DNA from: Saccostrea echinata
Taxonomy: Eukaryota
Assembly (NCBI RefSeq): GCF_033153115.1
Contig: NW_026889765.1
Span: 1,612,001 to 1,676,000 of the forward strand
Direction of reading: 5' to 3'
DNA length: 64,000 nt
Shown here: positions 1-19,700 of the stretch, piece after piece
How positions within the stretch are numbered: the stretch's first letter is position 1
How the letters are laid out: every line of letters starts with the position of its first letter
The notes under the pieces: model-generated
Database searches by the model: none
What the model was told of the DNA's origin: nothing
What the model saw: the letters and a program-made list of their open reading frames with translations, nothing else
Translations under genes and position numbers: made by a program

Positions 1-702
1 ATCCAGCATCTGAAGCAAGTCCAGTAGTGTGCATCTTCAGATGTATCATCCATGCAAGTTTGGTCAATATAGGGCTTATAGTAATACTTGGAAATGAGAC
101 CTGCTCCAAAAACTTTAACCTGCTCCAAGAACTTTAACCTGCTAAAAAAACATTAACCTGGTCATTCTTCAGCAGGAATTGCAGCATCTGAAACCTTGAC
201 TGGTACAATGAAACATACTAGAAGCATCCTCCATGCATATCTGATTAAGGAGGCTGGGGGGTCAACAAATTAACCACAAATTAACCACCAGATTTAACTT
301 AATTTTTTAGATATGATATCTTAAGCTGTCAACTATCATTTGGCAAAGAAAAATTTCAAAAATTTTAGTTTTAAAATTTGATCATTTTCTATATCTTCAT
401 ATGGAGCTCTTCTTCTAAAGGAGATCAATATAGTCTAAAAATGGCCACAACCCCCCAGCCTCTTTAAATAAGGACATAGAAGTACTTGAAAAGAAATCTG
501 CTCCAAAAACTTTAACCTGGGACACCGAGGCTGACACCGAGGGTATTACATAAGCTCCCCCAACTTCATTGAGGTGAGCTAAAAATGGGTCAATGAGGTC
601 AATGAAACTCGAACTTGATCTGTAAGTCATCAATAACAAAGGACATATGAAAAATCAGCTCATTTTCTACACACATAGGAAAAGAAAAATCTAGAAAACA
701 GT

Positions 703-771
703 ATCCTCACAACGTCAGGGTCTCGGAGTCAAGACATTGTGTTGACTCACGACCCCTTACGTTGTGAGGAT
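703..771. mobile_element. 69-bp foldback mini-insertion
   Basis: ATCCTCACAACGT..GGG..GAGTCAA/TTGACTC..CCCC..ACGTTGTGAGGAT, flanked by near-duplicated AGAAAA(A)CAGT. Confidence 0.65.
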
Positions 772-1036
772 GAGAAAAACAGTGAATTATTTAAAATTTT
801 CAAAGTCTAAGGCCATAACTTTCATTAAAATGGGCCAATATAAAAACTCAAACATGATCTGTAAGTCATCAATATCAAGAGGCCTTCCAAGAATCAGTTC
901 ATTTTCTACAAGCATAGGAAAAATAACTATGACAGAATGATTGACTGAAAGGGGTACCACTATGGCCAGGCCATTTCATGGCAGGGGCATAAAAAAATTA
1001 CATGTTTTTTTTCTGCCATATATGCAACCATTAATT

Positions 1037-1842
1037 CAAGTGGCCCATGGGCCACAATGCTCACTTGAGTCACTATGGTCCTTCTGTTCTTCATCAGCAG
1101 AATAGTCCCTACATTGTTCTTGTGAAATTAAGATCACATATTGCAGCCCTATCCTACTCCCCAGGGGTCATCATGATTTGAACTTTGATCCCCTGTTGTG
1201 GCCCCTCTCTACCCCTGAGGGGTAATGATTTAAACAGATTTGAATCAACACTACTTGAGGGTGTTTCCATATAAGCATGGCTCTGCTGTTCTTGAGAAGA
1301 TTTTTAAAGATTTTCCCTATATATATATACCAATGTAAAACTCATGATTTGAACAAACTTGAATCAATATCACCTGAGGATTGCTTCCATATAAATATGA
1401 CTAATCATGGATTTGCTGCTCTTCAGAAGAGGACTTTTAAAGATTTTTCCAATGTATTCCCAAGTAAAACTTTGATCACTCATAGTAGCCCAACCCTACC
1501 CCCTGGAGTCATGTTTTGTCCAAAATTGAATCTACTCTATGTCAGGAAGCTTTCACATTTTTCATCTTTTTTGGCCCATTGGTTCTTGGGGAAAAGATTT
1601 TTAAATGACCCCACTTTTCTTTTACTTCTCTTAATCATCTCCCCTTGTAAGAGGATGTGGCCCTTCATTTGAATAAACTTGAATCTCCTTTACCCAAAGA
1701 TATTCTGTTCCAAACTTGGTTGAAATTGGCCCACTGGTTCTGGAGAAGATGAAAATGTGAAAAGTTTACATCACTTAAAACGAAAGACAACAAATTTTAT
1801 TCAGAAAACCTCACTTGAGCTTTTGGCTCGGGTGAGCTTATA
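1037..1842 (+). mobile_element. Helentron-type non-autonomous element carrying Cg170-like satellite monomers
   Basis: Start CAAGTGGCCCATGGGCCACAATGCTCAC, monomer core TCATGATTTGAACAAACTTGAATC, end hairpin CTCACTTGAGC..GGCTCGGGTGAGCT. Confidence 0.8.
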
Positions 1843-2722
1843 AGTTAGAAAAACAAAGGATTTTACTGTTTAAATGACCCCATCTATTTTTGCCTTTTCT
1901 TGATTATCTTCCCTTGGAGCCCCCCCTTTTTTTTAAACTTGAATTTACTTTACCCAAGTATGCTTTGTGGCAAGTTTGGATGAAATTAGCAAGTGTTTCT
2001 AGAGAAGAAGAGGAAAATGTGAAAAGTTTACAGCAACAACAACAGAAATGAAAATGACAATGGACAAATTTTGATCAAAAAAGTTCATATGGACCTTTAA
2101 GTCTTTTGAACAATTATCCAAATTAACTTCCCTTGAGTGCACTCTTTTCCATTAAGTTTGATCTTATCCAGATCTTGCAAGATTTTGAAGGAAAACAAAT
2201 AATGTTATCTCATGATGCTCAATGCTCATCTTTAGGTTCCATGCCACTTTGTTTTCTTAACATTCCATTACATCATGCTTTATTTTTCCAAAGAAATCCC
2301 CAGTTTTGAGATCTACCTTCTGTCTGTTGTTAACTTAATGTCCCCAGCCCGTAGGATTGATGTCTCCTCTGGGCTCCTGCTATTTACAAAAGCACATCTT
2401 TTCCTAAACTTTAATCATAGACTGTTCAAAACTGTTTCTCAGATTTTTTTTTTGCCAACAGACTAACAGACAAACATATGAAAACATTTTTAAACTGTTC
2501 TAATTTTACATGGTTTTTTTTTATCTATCATACTAGTAACTTAGTAAGAATAAGTACCAAGTGAACAAAACACTATACATTTGATATTACACATGAATAA
2601 CAAAGATGAATGAATATTATAGTAGTTTTATTTAAGCCATTAAACAAGTCTGCATTAACATGATGCCTCATACAAAGATCTCTGAAATAAAATTAAGTTT
2701 TTCTTGAATTCCTTTAACACTT

Positions 2723-10264
<7,542 letters not shown>

Positions 10265-10705
10265 TTTGGCAGAGGTCCCCAGTGTACATCCAAATTCTGA
10301 TCCCGATGGTATTTTTAAAAATATATATATTCTGAACTCTGAACTTGTTTTAAAAATCGAAATTATTTTTTTTTTAATGCTGTCTTATTTCAAAATTTGA
10401 GCTATCGACAACATAAATTAATAATGTAATTTCTAATAAGATTTTATTTATTGATCGGAATCGTAATACACTCAATTCAGTTGTCAACACCAAAGACAGA
10501 ATTAGTAGAAACTTAAGAAAGTCTCTTTTGTAATAAAGAGCTTGTTGTTGAGCTTATAACAGGTTTGATTACCTCATATTATGCTGGGGTTTTGTTTTTC
10601 CATGTCTTGTGTATAAGAGAATTGCAAATTAATGTCATATTTAATCTGTAGGCAACATTTTGTATCATTCTCAGCAGCTGCATGAAATGTTTTGTAGACG
10701 TTAAC
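10265..10705. promoter_or_regulatory. Putative bidirectional promoter / 5' UTR region between NDUFS8 and UBE3B
   Basis: Divergent start codons are ~440 bp apart. The UBE3B ATG exon has an acceptor (tttgtag, ending 10697), implying a short non-coding first exon inside this interval. No specific motif is claimed. Confidence 0.6.
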
Positions 10706-13700
10706 ATGTTCAGTAAAGTAGATATAACCAAAAAGAACCAGTTTTTGGAACAGACTAAAGCATTACGAGAAGAAAGAGCTAATGACAAACTAAAGAATGA
10801 TGCAGCCATTGTCATTCAAGTATGTTTAAACATCTTTTTTCTATTGTGGATGAGTGACCGGTGTAGATTAAGTTTATTTTCTGAATTGAGTTAATTTTTT
10901 CTTTTGACATTTAAGTGTTGAAAACTATGGAGCAAATTTACCATAATATTTATTATTTATCAAACTTTGATGAAATAGAATTGAGATCATGTAGATAAAT
11001 ATGTAGGTATTATAATTGAATGTTTGATATTTGTAGGCTACTGTCCGAGGATTTGTTACGAGGTGCAAATTACACAGAGAAATATGGTAAAATGTTTTCC
11101 AAGTTATTGAATGCAGCAGTTTTAAACTGAAATTATTTTAGTCTGTTAAAGGCATTAAGCAGTTTGAATTTCTCTTTTTTTTTAACCTTCTGCAGCAAAG
11201 AGCTAGAAGATGTGCTAGAAATTCCACCAGATCCAGGAGCAGTTTATAAGCCAAAGCTCAAACCAGGTTCTTTAAAAGAGATAAAATGTCAAAACCATGT
11301 TGCACATCTACATGATATTGCACATTTTTATTTTTTACTATTGCTTAGATGTAGGAATACCAGTTTTAATGATATTAATTTGTAAATCACAGCATTTTAG
11401 TTCATGGGAACCTTGGGGTCAAAACCAAACTTTTAAAAAAAGTCTTATTTCACATCTACAAGACATGAACAATCATATGCAAGTTTAGGTGATCTGAATA
11501 AATAAAAATGTAGGTTGTGTGATGACAAGAAGTGTGACATATTGATGAGAGGATGGGGTAAAACATTACATGAATTCTATATGGAAAGAGAGGGTATGGT
11601 AAAGGGCACATGAAATAAAGTGGTACATGTCTGGCCAGATTGATTTTATTGAAACACTGTAGTAATGACTGAGTATGATAAATTAAAAATAATGTGAAAA
11701 ACCTACATGATTGGCTTCAAAATGAAGAGTAAGTAAACTTAAGCACATGAACAGAAGACCCTTCCATTTATATATTCAGATATGTTTTACCAAAACTAGC
11801 TATGAATATAAGAAAATTTTGTTAATTTGTGACAATATATGTAGTCCTTACATCAAAACAATATGACTTTAAATGTTTAGATTTTTAATGATGAACAAGT
11901 GATATGGTTTTTATTCTCTTTACAGCACTTGAAGTATACAGGACAATACAAAAGTTTTTCTTTGTTTTTGACAAAGACAGAGATGCTGGGGTAATAAAGT
12001 CTGCATATTATAAAGCAAAAATTATGTCGATTACATAATGACAATACAAACACAGAGGGTGCTATTGCAATATGTGTAGAGTACTATACTACTGTAAAAA
12101 TGACTTTTAATCATCATGTAGAACTATACAAATGTATTTCTATATGATGGTTAAAGGGGCCATTTTGTACATTTGTATTTGTAGATGTACATGTAATAAT
12201 ATATAATTGTAATTTTCTTTATTACAGCAATTTGATTACCTCTGCAGATACCTACTGTCATCAATGGATACAAGTGCAGACAATATGAAGGTAAAGCCAA
12301 TTTTGAAAGATTCCATTAAAATATGCTACTTTTACTCATAAAATAATCAAATAAAGATGTCAATATTGGTCACTATGAGACTATGCAAGAGTTTTATTAT
12401 TGTTATTTAGATTCATGCTAATGAGTGCTTGTATATAAGACTAAGTTTAAAGAAAATTTGATTTCTCTTAAAAAGTCAATATTTAAATCTTTGTCCTTGT
12501 ATAGAGAGCAATATAACAACTATTTACAAGATCATTTCAGAGTCTTAAAACTTCCTTGGATCATGAAAATTATTGCACAAAAAGATTTCATTTTCAAGCT
12601 TTATTCAAATAAATCATAATTTCAAGTGGACATCCTTAATTACAAAGTTGATAACATTTTTTGCCATGGGCTGTGCACACCTTCTGCAATCTATTAAGAT
12701 GATTTTTTCCCTTAAATTTATAATGAGTCTACTCCTGTAACAGTCATATAGTGTAACAAGTCCTACTCCTGTTGTCAGTTGTATAGTACAAGTCCTACTC
12801 CTGTAACAGTCATTTGGTATAACAAGTCCTATTCCTTTAGTCAATTTTATAGTATAACAAATCTTACTCCTGTAGTCAGTTGTATAGTATTACAAGTCCT
12901 ACTCCTATGGCCATTTGTATAGTATAACAAGTCCTACTCCTGTGGTCAGGTGAATAGTATAACAAGTCCTACTCCTGCAGTCAATTGTATTGTATAACAA
13001 TTCCTACCCCTGTAGTCATACTCCTGTAACAGTGTTAATTATAACAAGTCATCTTTTTACTTTAGCAAGATGTACTCCTTTATAAGAAGTCATACCCTTG
13101 TAGCTTGTTGTTTAGTTTAACAAATCATACTCATGAAACACTTGTTAAGAATATTAAGTCCAACTTTTATATACAGTTGTGACCAAGAAATTAACAAAAT
13201 ACACTTTGTAATCATCAAATTTCTTTATTCACAGATGTGCTATGTTTATTTAGTATTGAACAAAGATGTTGTGTTACCCTGGATAGCACAGATCAAAGAA
13301 GTTTTGTGGAAGTGCTGCTCTTTTCTCAAGTCTTTAAAGGTATGTTACTTAGTACCAACATGTAATGTAGTCACTCTTATGTACATATCAAAGTGAATTT
13401 AGTTTTTAGAGGTTGTAGCTGAAATAAGTGACTTTTATAGTTTGAGGGTAAACTAAGCAGTCATAATTTAGGTTATAGTCATAGAATGAAATTATATTCA
13501 ACAAATACTGCTGTACCCTAATAGGTATTTCTTCACACAGAAATGAGATACTGACACTTGTTTATTAATCCCCTACCGGTGAAACCAGAGGGGACTTCGT
13601 CAGTTTGTCCATTTGTCTAGCTGTTAGTTTGTTTGTCAGTCTGTCCCACTTGGTTTTTCCTCACTTTTTTTTCTAAATGCTTGCAGATATTGAGCTGATT

Positions 13701-16700
13701 TTTGAGCTTGATAAGTTACAGATGCATTTTGCACCGCTTCAGTGATTTTTTGATCGAATTACAGCATTTTCAATTCTTAATAGGAAGCAGATTACACTTA
13801 CCAGTAGGGGACCGGTATTGCTAATGCATTACTAGCAGAATTCTTATTTGTGGGCTGAGAATCACTCTGATATGAAGTCAATATGTATTGGACTATACTG
13901 TGTTTATTTGTAGGCTGAGAATCATTCTGATATGAAGTCAATTATGTATTGGACTATACTGTGTTTATTTGTAGGCTGAGAATCACTCTGATATGAAGTC
14001 AATCTGTATCTGACTATACTGTGTTTATTTGTAGGCTGAGAATCACTCTGATATGAAGTCAATATGTATTGGACTATACTGTGTTTATTTGTAGGCTGAG
14101 AATCACTCTGATATGAAGTCAATCTGTATATGACTATACTGTGTTTATTTGAAGGCTGAGAATCATTCTGATATGAAGTCAATCTGTCTCTGACTGTGCT
14201 GCGTTTATTTGTAGGCTGAGAATCACTCTGATATGAAGTCAATCTGTATCTGACTGTGCTGTGTTCATTTGAAGGCTGAGAATCATTCTGATATGAAGTC
14301 AATATGTATTGGACTATACTGTGTTCATTTGTAGGCTGAGAATCATTCTGATATGAAGTCAATATGTATTGGACTATACTGTGTTCATTTGTAGGCTGAA
14401 AATCACTCTGATATGAAGTCAAGTTGTATCTGACCGTGCTGTGTTCATTTGTAGGCTGAGAATCACTCTGGTATGAAGTCAGTCTGTATCTGGCTGTACT
14501 GTGTTTATTTGTAGGCTGAGAATCACTCTGATATGAAGTCAATCTGTCTCTGACTGTGCTGCGTTTATTTGTAGGCTGAGAATCATTCTGATATGAAGTC
14601 AATCTGTATATGACTATACTGTGTTTATTTGTAGGCTGAGAATCACTCTGATGTGAAGTCAATCTGTATTGGACTATACTGTGTTCATTTGTAGGCTGAG
14701 AATCACTCTGATATGAAGTCAATCTGTATCTGACTGTGATGTGTTTATTTGTAGGCTGAGAATCACTCTGATATGAAGTCAGTCTGTATTTGACTGTGCT
14801 GTGTTTATTTGTAGGCTGAGAATCACTCTGATATGAAGTCAATCTGTATCTGACTATACTGTTTATTTGTAGGCTGAGAATCATTCTGATATGAAGTCAA
14901 TCTGTATCTGACTATACTGTTTATTTGTAGGCTGAGAATCATTCTGATATGAAGTCAATCTGTATCTGAATGTGCTGTGTTTATTTGTAGACTGAGAATC
15001 ACTCTGATATGAAGTCAATCTGTATCTGACTGTGCTGTGTTTATTTGTAGGCTGAGAATCACTCTGATATGAAGTCAATCTGTATCTGACTATACTGTTT
15101 ATTTGTAGGCTGATAATCATTCTAATATGAAGTCAGTCTGTATATGACTATACTGTGTTTATTTGTAGGCTGAGAATCACTCTGATATGAAGTCAATCTG
15201 TATCTGACTGTGCTGTGTTTATTTGTAGGCTGAGAATCACTCTGATATGAAGTCAGTCTGTATCTGACTATGCTGTGTTCATTTGTAGGCCGAGTATCAC
15301 TCTGATATGAAGTCAATCTGTATCTGACTGTGCTGTGTTCATTTGTAGGCCGAGTATCACTCTGATATGAAGTCAATCTGTATCTGACTGTGCTGTGTTC
15401 ATTTGTAGGCCGAGTATCACTCTGATATGAAGTCAATCTGTATCTGACTGTGCTGTGTTTATTTGCAGGCTGAGAATCACTCTGATATGAAGTCAGTCTG
15501 TATTTGACTGTGCTGTGTTTATTTGTAGGCTGAGAATCACTCTGAAATGAAGTCAATCTGTATCTGACTATACTGTTTATTTGTAGGCTGAGAATCATTC
15601 TGATATGAAGTCAATCTGTATCTGACTGTGCTGTGTTTATATGTAGGCTGAGAATCACTCTGATATGAAGTCAATCTGTATCTGACTGTGCTGTGTTTAT
15701 TTGTAGGCTGAGAATCACTCTGATATGAAGTCAATCTGTATCTGACTATACTGTTTATTTGTAGGCTGAGAATCATTCTGATATGAAGTCAATCTGTATT
15801 TGACTATACTGTGTTTATTTGTAGGCTGAGAATCATTCTGATATGAAGTCAGTCTGTATATGACTATACTGTGTTTATTTGTAGGCTGAGAATCATTCTG
15901 ATATGAAGTCAATCTGTATTTGACTATACTGTGTTCATTTGTAGGCTGAGAATCACTCTGATATGAAGTCAATCTGTATCTGACTGTGCTGTGTTTATTA
16001 GAAGGCCGAGAATCACTTTGATATGAAGTCAATCTGTATCTGACTATACTGGTAATTTGTAGGCTGAGAATCATTCTGATATGAAGTCAATTTGTATTTG
16101 ACTATACTGTTTATTTGTAGCCTGAGAATCATTCTGATATGAATAGAGTCAATCTGTATCTGACTGTACTGATTACATTCACGAGTGCAGGAGGGTGGAA
16201 GATTCTCAAGGGAAAACTGGGTAATGATAAAACAAATAGTGACTCATATATATAGAAATGAATTGGTTGTAAAGTGAATGAGGTCTAAATTTAACTGAAT
16301 GGTAGATTTATAATTTTACCAAAAAATTCTTTGTTGCATTTAAAAATTTCTTTAGCCTTGTTGAAAAATTTGTTTTGGCAAATGATTTATTTATTGCAAG
16401 GAAACATTTAAATTGGTGGAAACTACATCCTCAAATTTCAATGAACACATGGTAGTTTTAAAGTAGATTTTAACTTCATTGACCTTTGTAATGTGCACCA
16501 TCTCCTGATTTTCCATCTTTTATTCTCAGGAGAGACACTAACACCAGGCATGAATCAGCTATGTAACAATATAATGGGCCATCTTAATACAAAGGGATTG
16601 TATCCAGTGTTAAAGGTACCTTAAGTTTATAGAATGGAAGAATTTAGTGAATCAGCCTATTAATTATTTTTAGCTGATGCAGATTTAATTTTTACTTAAC

Positions 16701-19700
16701 ATACTGTTTTTCCCAGCACAAGGATTAAAATTTGTTTAGGCTTTAAGCTAACCCTTGTTTTTCAATACATCTGTTTGAAGGTTTTACAGATCACAATCTT
16801 TCCTAGTAATACAGTGGTTCCCGTTTTATCGAATAGTCAAGTTGTCAGCCTAGTTTTATCCGAATAGCCGAATATTAGAATAGCCGATTGCTCCATACCG
16901 AGTCCAAAGACAGATGTATAGAGCTACATGTATTGATAATACATCGTAGCAAATTTCAAACTTGCACTTTCGTTTTCTTTTGACATGTTTACTTAAAGAC
17001 TTTACTAAGAATAATTTATTTCACTTACTTATGAATTTAATATGAAAATTTTTTTCAAATAAATTGACGCATAGAATATATTCTTTGATAGTTATTGCCA
17101 TCGTTCTTCAGCACATGTTTACATTCCTTCTTCGATGGTCGCCATCTTGGAAACGGAAGTAGACTAAATGCTTGACTAATAACCGTAAACTATTTTTCCC
17201 TGGATAGATTGTAAATTAAAAATAAAAATATTAAATATATGTAATTGTTTCGTTTTGATTTGTTTCTTTAATACGGTTACGTATTTTATACTGTATGTAA
17301 GTTTACCAGTCTCGTACCTGTCTGCTGAAGAGAGATTTTGAGAGCCATGTGGAGAAAGATGGTATGAATTTTGAGACGTATATTTATAGAACGGACCATT
17401 TGTGATTTTTACCATAAATTTTGCACTGAAAAGTGAATAAATATTAAGCCAATTGACCAAGTTAAACGATTGAATAGGCTTATTTCATTATCCAAGCAAA
17501 TTGTCATACACAAGCTAATCAGTTCAATGATTAAAATTTCACGCCGAAAAAATTGCAAATAATTGTCATAATTAACAAGTGCATCATTGAACCCAAGCCG
17601 ATCACACAACTGTAATCAAAACATATCTATTTACTATGCTCACTATTGACACAGGTAAGGTGCCTGTGTGCGTCCAGGCGTAACTAATCCCCTCATTGTC
17701 GTACTCAAGCCAGTCAAGGTAATTGGTGTAAAACCGTGTAAACAAAGGCTTCACATACGAAGTTGGAGGTGTGAACAAGGTGCTGATTATCAATAAACAC
17801 TATGATAGTCCAAATTTTTGTATCGGATAAAACGAAAATCCAATATTTTCTCATCAGAATATCAGGTGAAATTATTAATAAATATATAAGAAATGGTTTT
17901 GTGCTCTGATATTATATTGAAATAGCCGAATTATTCATTAAACCGCTATCCGATAAAATGGAAGCCACTGTAACTACATATATGTAGCCTAGATTGGAAT
18001 AAATTCAAACATTTGTTTGCTGTAGACTTCAGTGTGTGGATTCACATTTTAATTACATGTAAATATTAATGTGACTATTTTTGTTCTCTATTTTTAGGGA
18101 CTTTTAGCACAAGGATTATCAAGGACCAAGATTTTGTTTAATTCTTCTACTCTTTCTGCTATTGTCAACCTGTCTCTGAGGTAAGTCAGAAACAAAAAAT
18201 CTGTTACTTTTTTTTAATAGTGGTGGCTTTAGAAGTGCAGATTAACAATGAAGAAAACATTTTACTGAAAAATTGATGACTTCTTTCCAAAATGTGAAGA
18301 CTTAATAAGATAAGTATTAGAGATAATGGAGAGGGTAAGGTATGTTTACTGAAACAAAGTTTTTTCCAGAATTCATGGAAATTTTCTATTGAAATCTCAA
18401 TTAAAGAAGCCAAAAGTACATAATTTTTCATGAATCATGAGTGTGTTGATATATATAACTTTTAACACTTTCAGGCCTCTGATTGCCTCGAACTTCTCAG
18501 AGAATCTGATGACTGTATTTGTCCTTCACATCATGTCAGTACCAGCTCTTCTTCATCATGTGGCTGTCAGCTCAGGGGAGGTAATTCATATAATATCTGT
18601 TCTTATACTTAGTTATTTCCCTTGGTTCCTTATGTTTTTTTTATGGACATTTTGACTATTTTTATAATTGAAGAAAAATAATCTTAAAGTTCTATAACCT
18701 GTAATAAAACAATGCTTAGATTTGTGCATTTAATGGTTAGGAATTTTTAGTCTTTTGCATTAGTAGGTAACTTTTGTTATAAACAGAGATATATTTACAT
18801 CGTTCGGTAATACTCCACATATTCAGGGTTTGAATATTGTTGGACTTGAATATTTGTTCTTACATGTATTCCTTTCATGTGGAAAGAAGGGAAAAAAAGA
18901 TGTCTCAACACTAAGTCACCTATATTACATTCAGGTTTATTTAACATATTTACATGTAGTACATGTATGCTGTAGAAAAAATACTTCTAGTTCCTGTAGG
19001 AGGTTTAAAGTGATTAAAAATTAGTGACAGTCAGTTGTAGAGGAATATTAACATACATAAACATGATTATGACAAGAAACTCATATATGTCACAAAATAT
19101 TCTACAGGATCATGACCACTTCTGAAACCACGGAAACTTACAATGGTAGGCAATGTGTAAGAATTGTAAATTTTGAATTCTACTTTTCAGTGCCTAAATG
19201 TTCTCATTACTCACCGTATCTTCAAACGAGCCCTGGATTTGCTGACCAATGAACAGAGCACGAGGATAATCTTTAATTCATTGGAAGGAAGCTATGCATT
19301 GTGTCTACTAGGTATTGTTGTCATATTAAAAAAAATATACTGAAACGCAAAAGAAACACAACAAGCAGTAATCTACAAATATTTGAATTTTTTATCTAAT
19401 GATTTTCGAAAATGAGTACAGTAAGGTAAAACTCGATTTAAAAACATCAGAGATTTGATAAAAATTTTGAATGGTTATCTTTTAACTTTAGAAAGTAACA
19501 CATGACTGTTAAAACACCCCCCACCCCGGCCATTCAATTACAGCGTGCAAGACTGCCATGCACAACAGTTGCAGCTTGATTGAAACAATAGGTTTATCAA
19601 TCTCGAGATCTGAGCGAAAGAAATATTCTTTGCCATTTTTAAATGTCTGTTTTTCAGATGATGAGGTCGAATTTTCTCTAGCCAAGCACAGTGTAGTAAC

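Noticed and set aside
13922-16074. Long minus-strand repetitive ORFs ([17 protein letters not shown] repeats)
   Set aside because: These are by-products of a 60-bp unit lacking stops in one antisense frame. The unit derives from the plus-strand UBE3B junction, and the frames break at 58-bp units.
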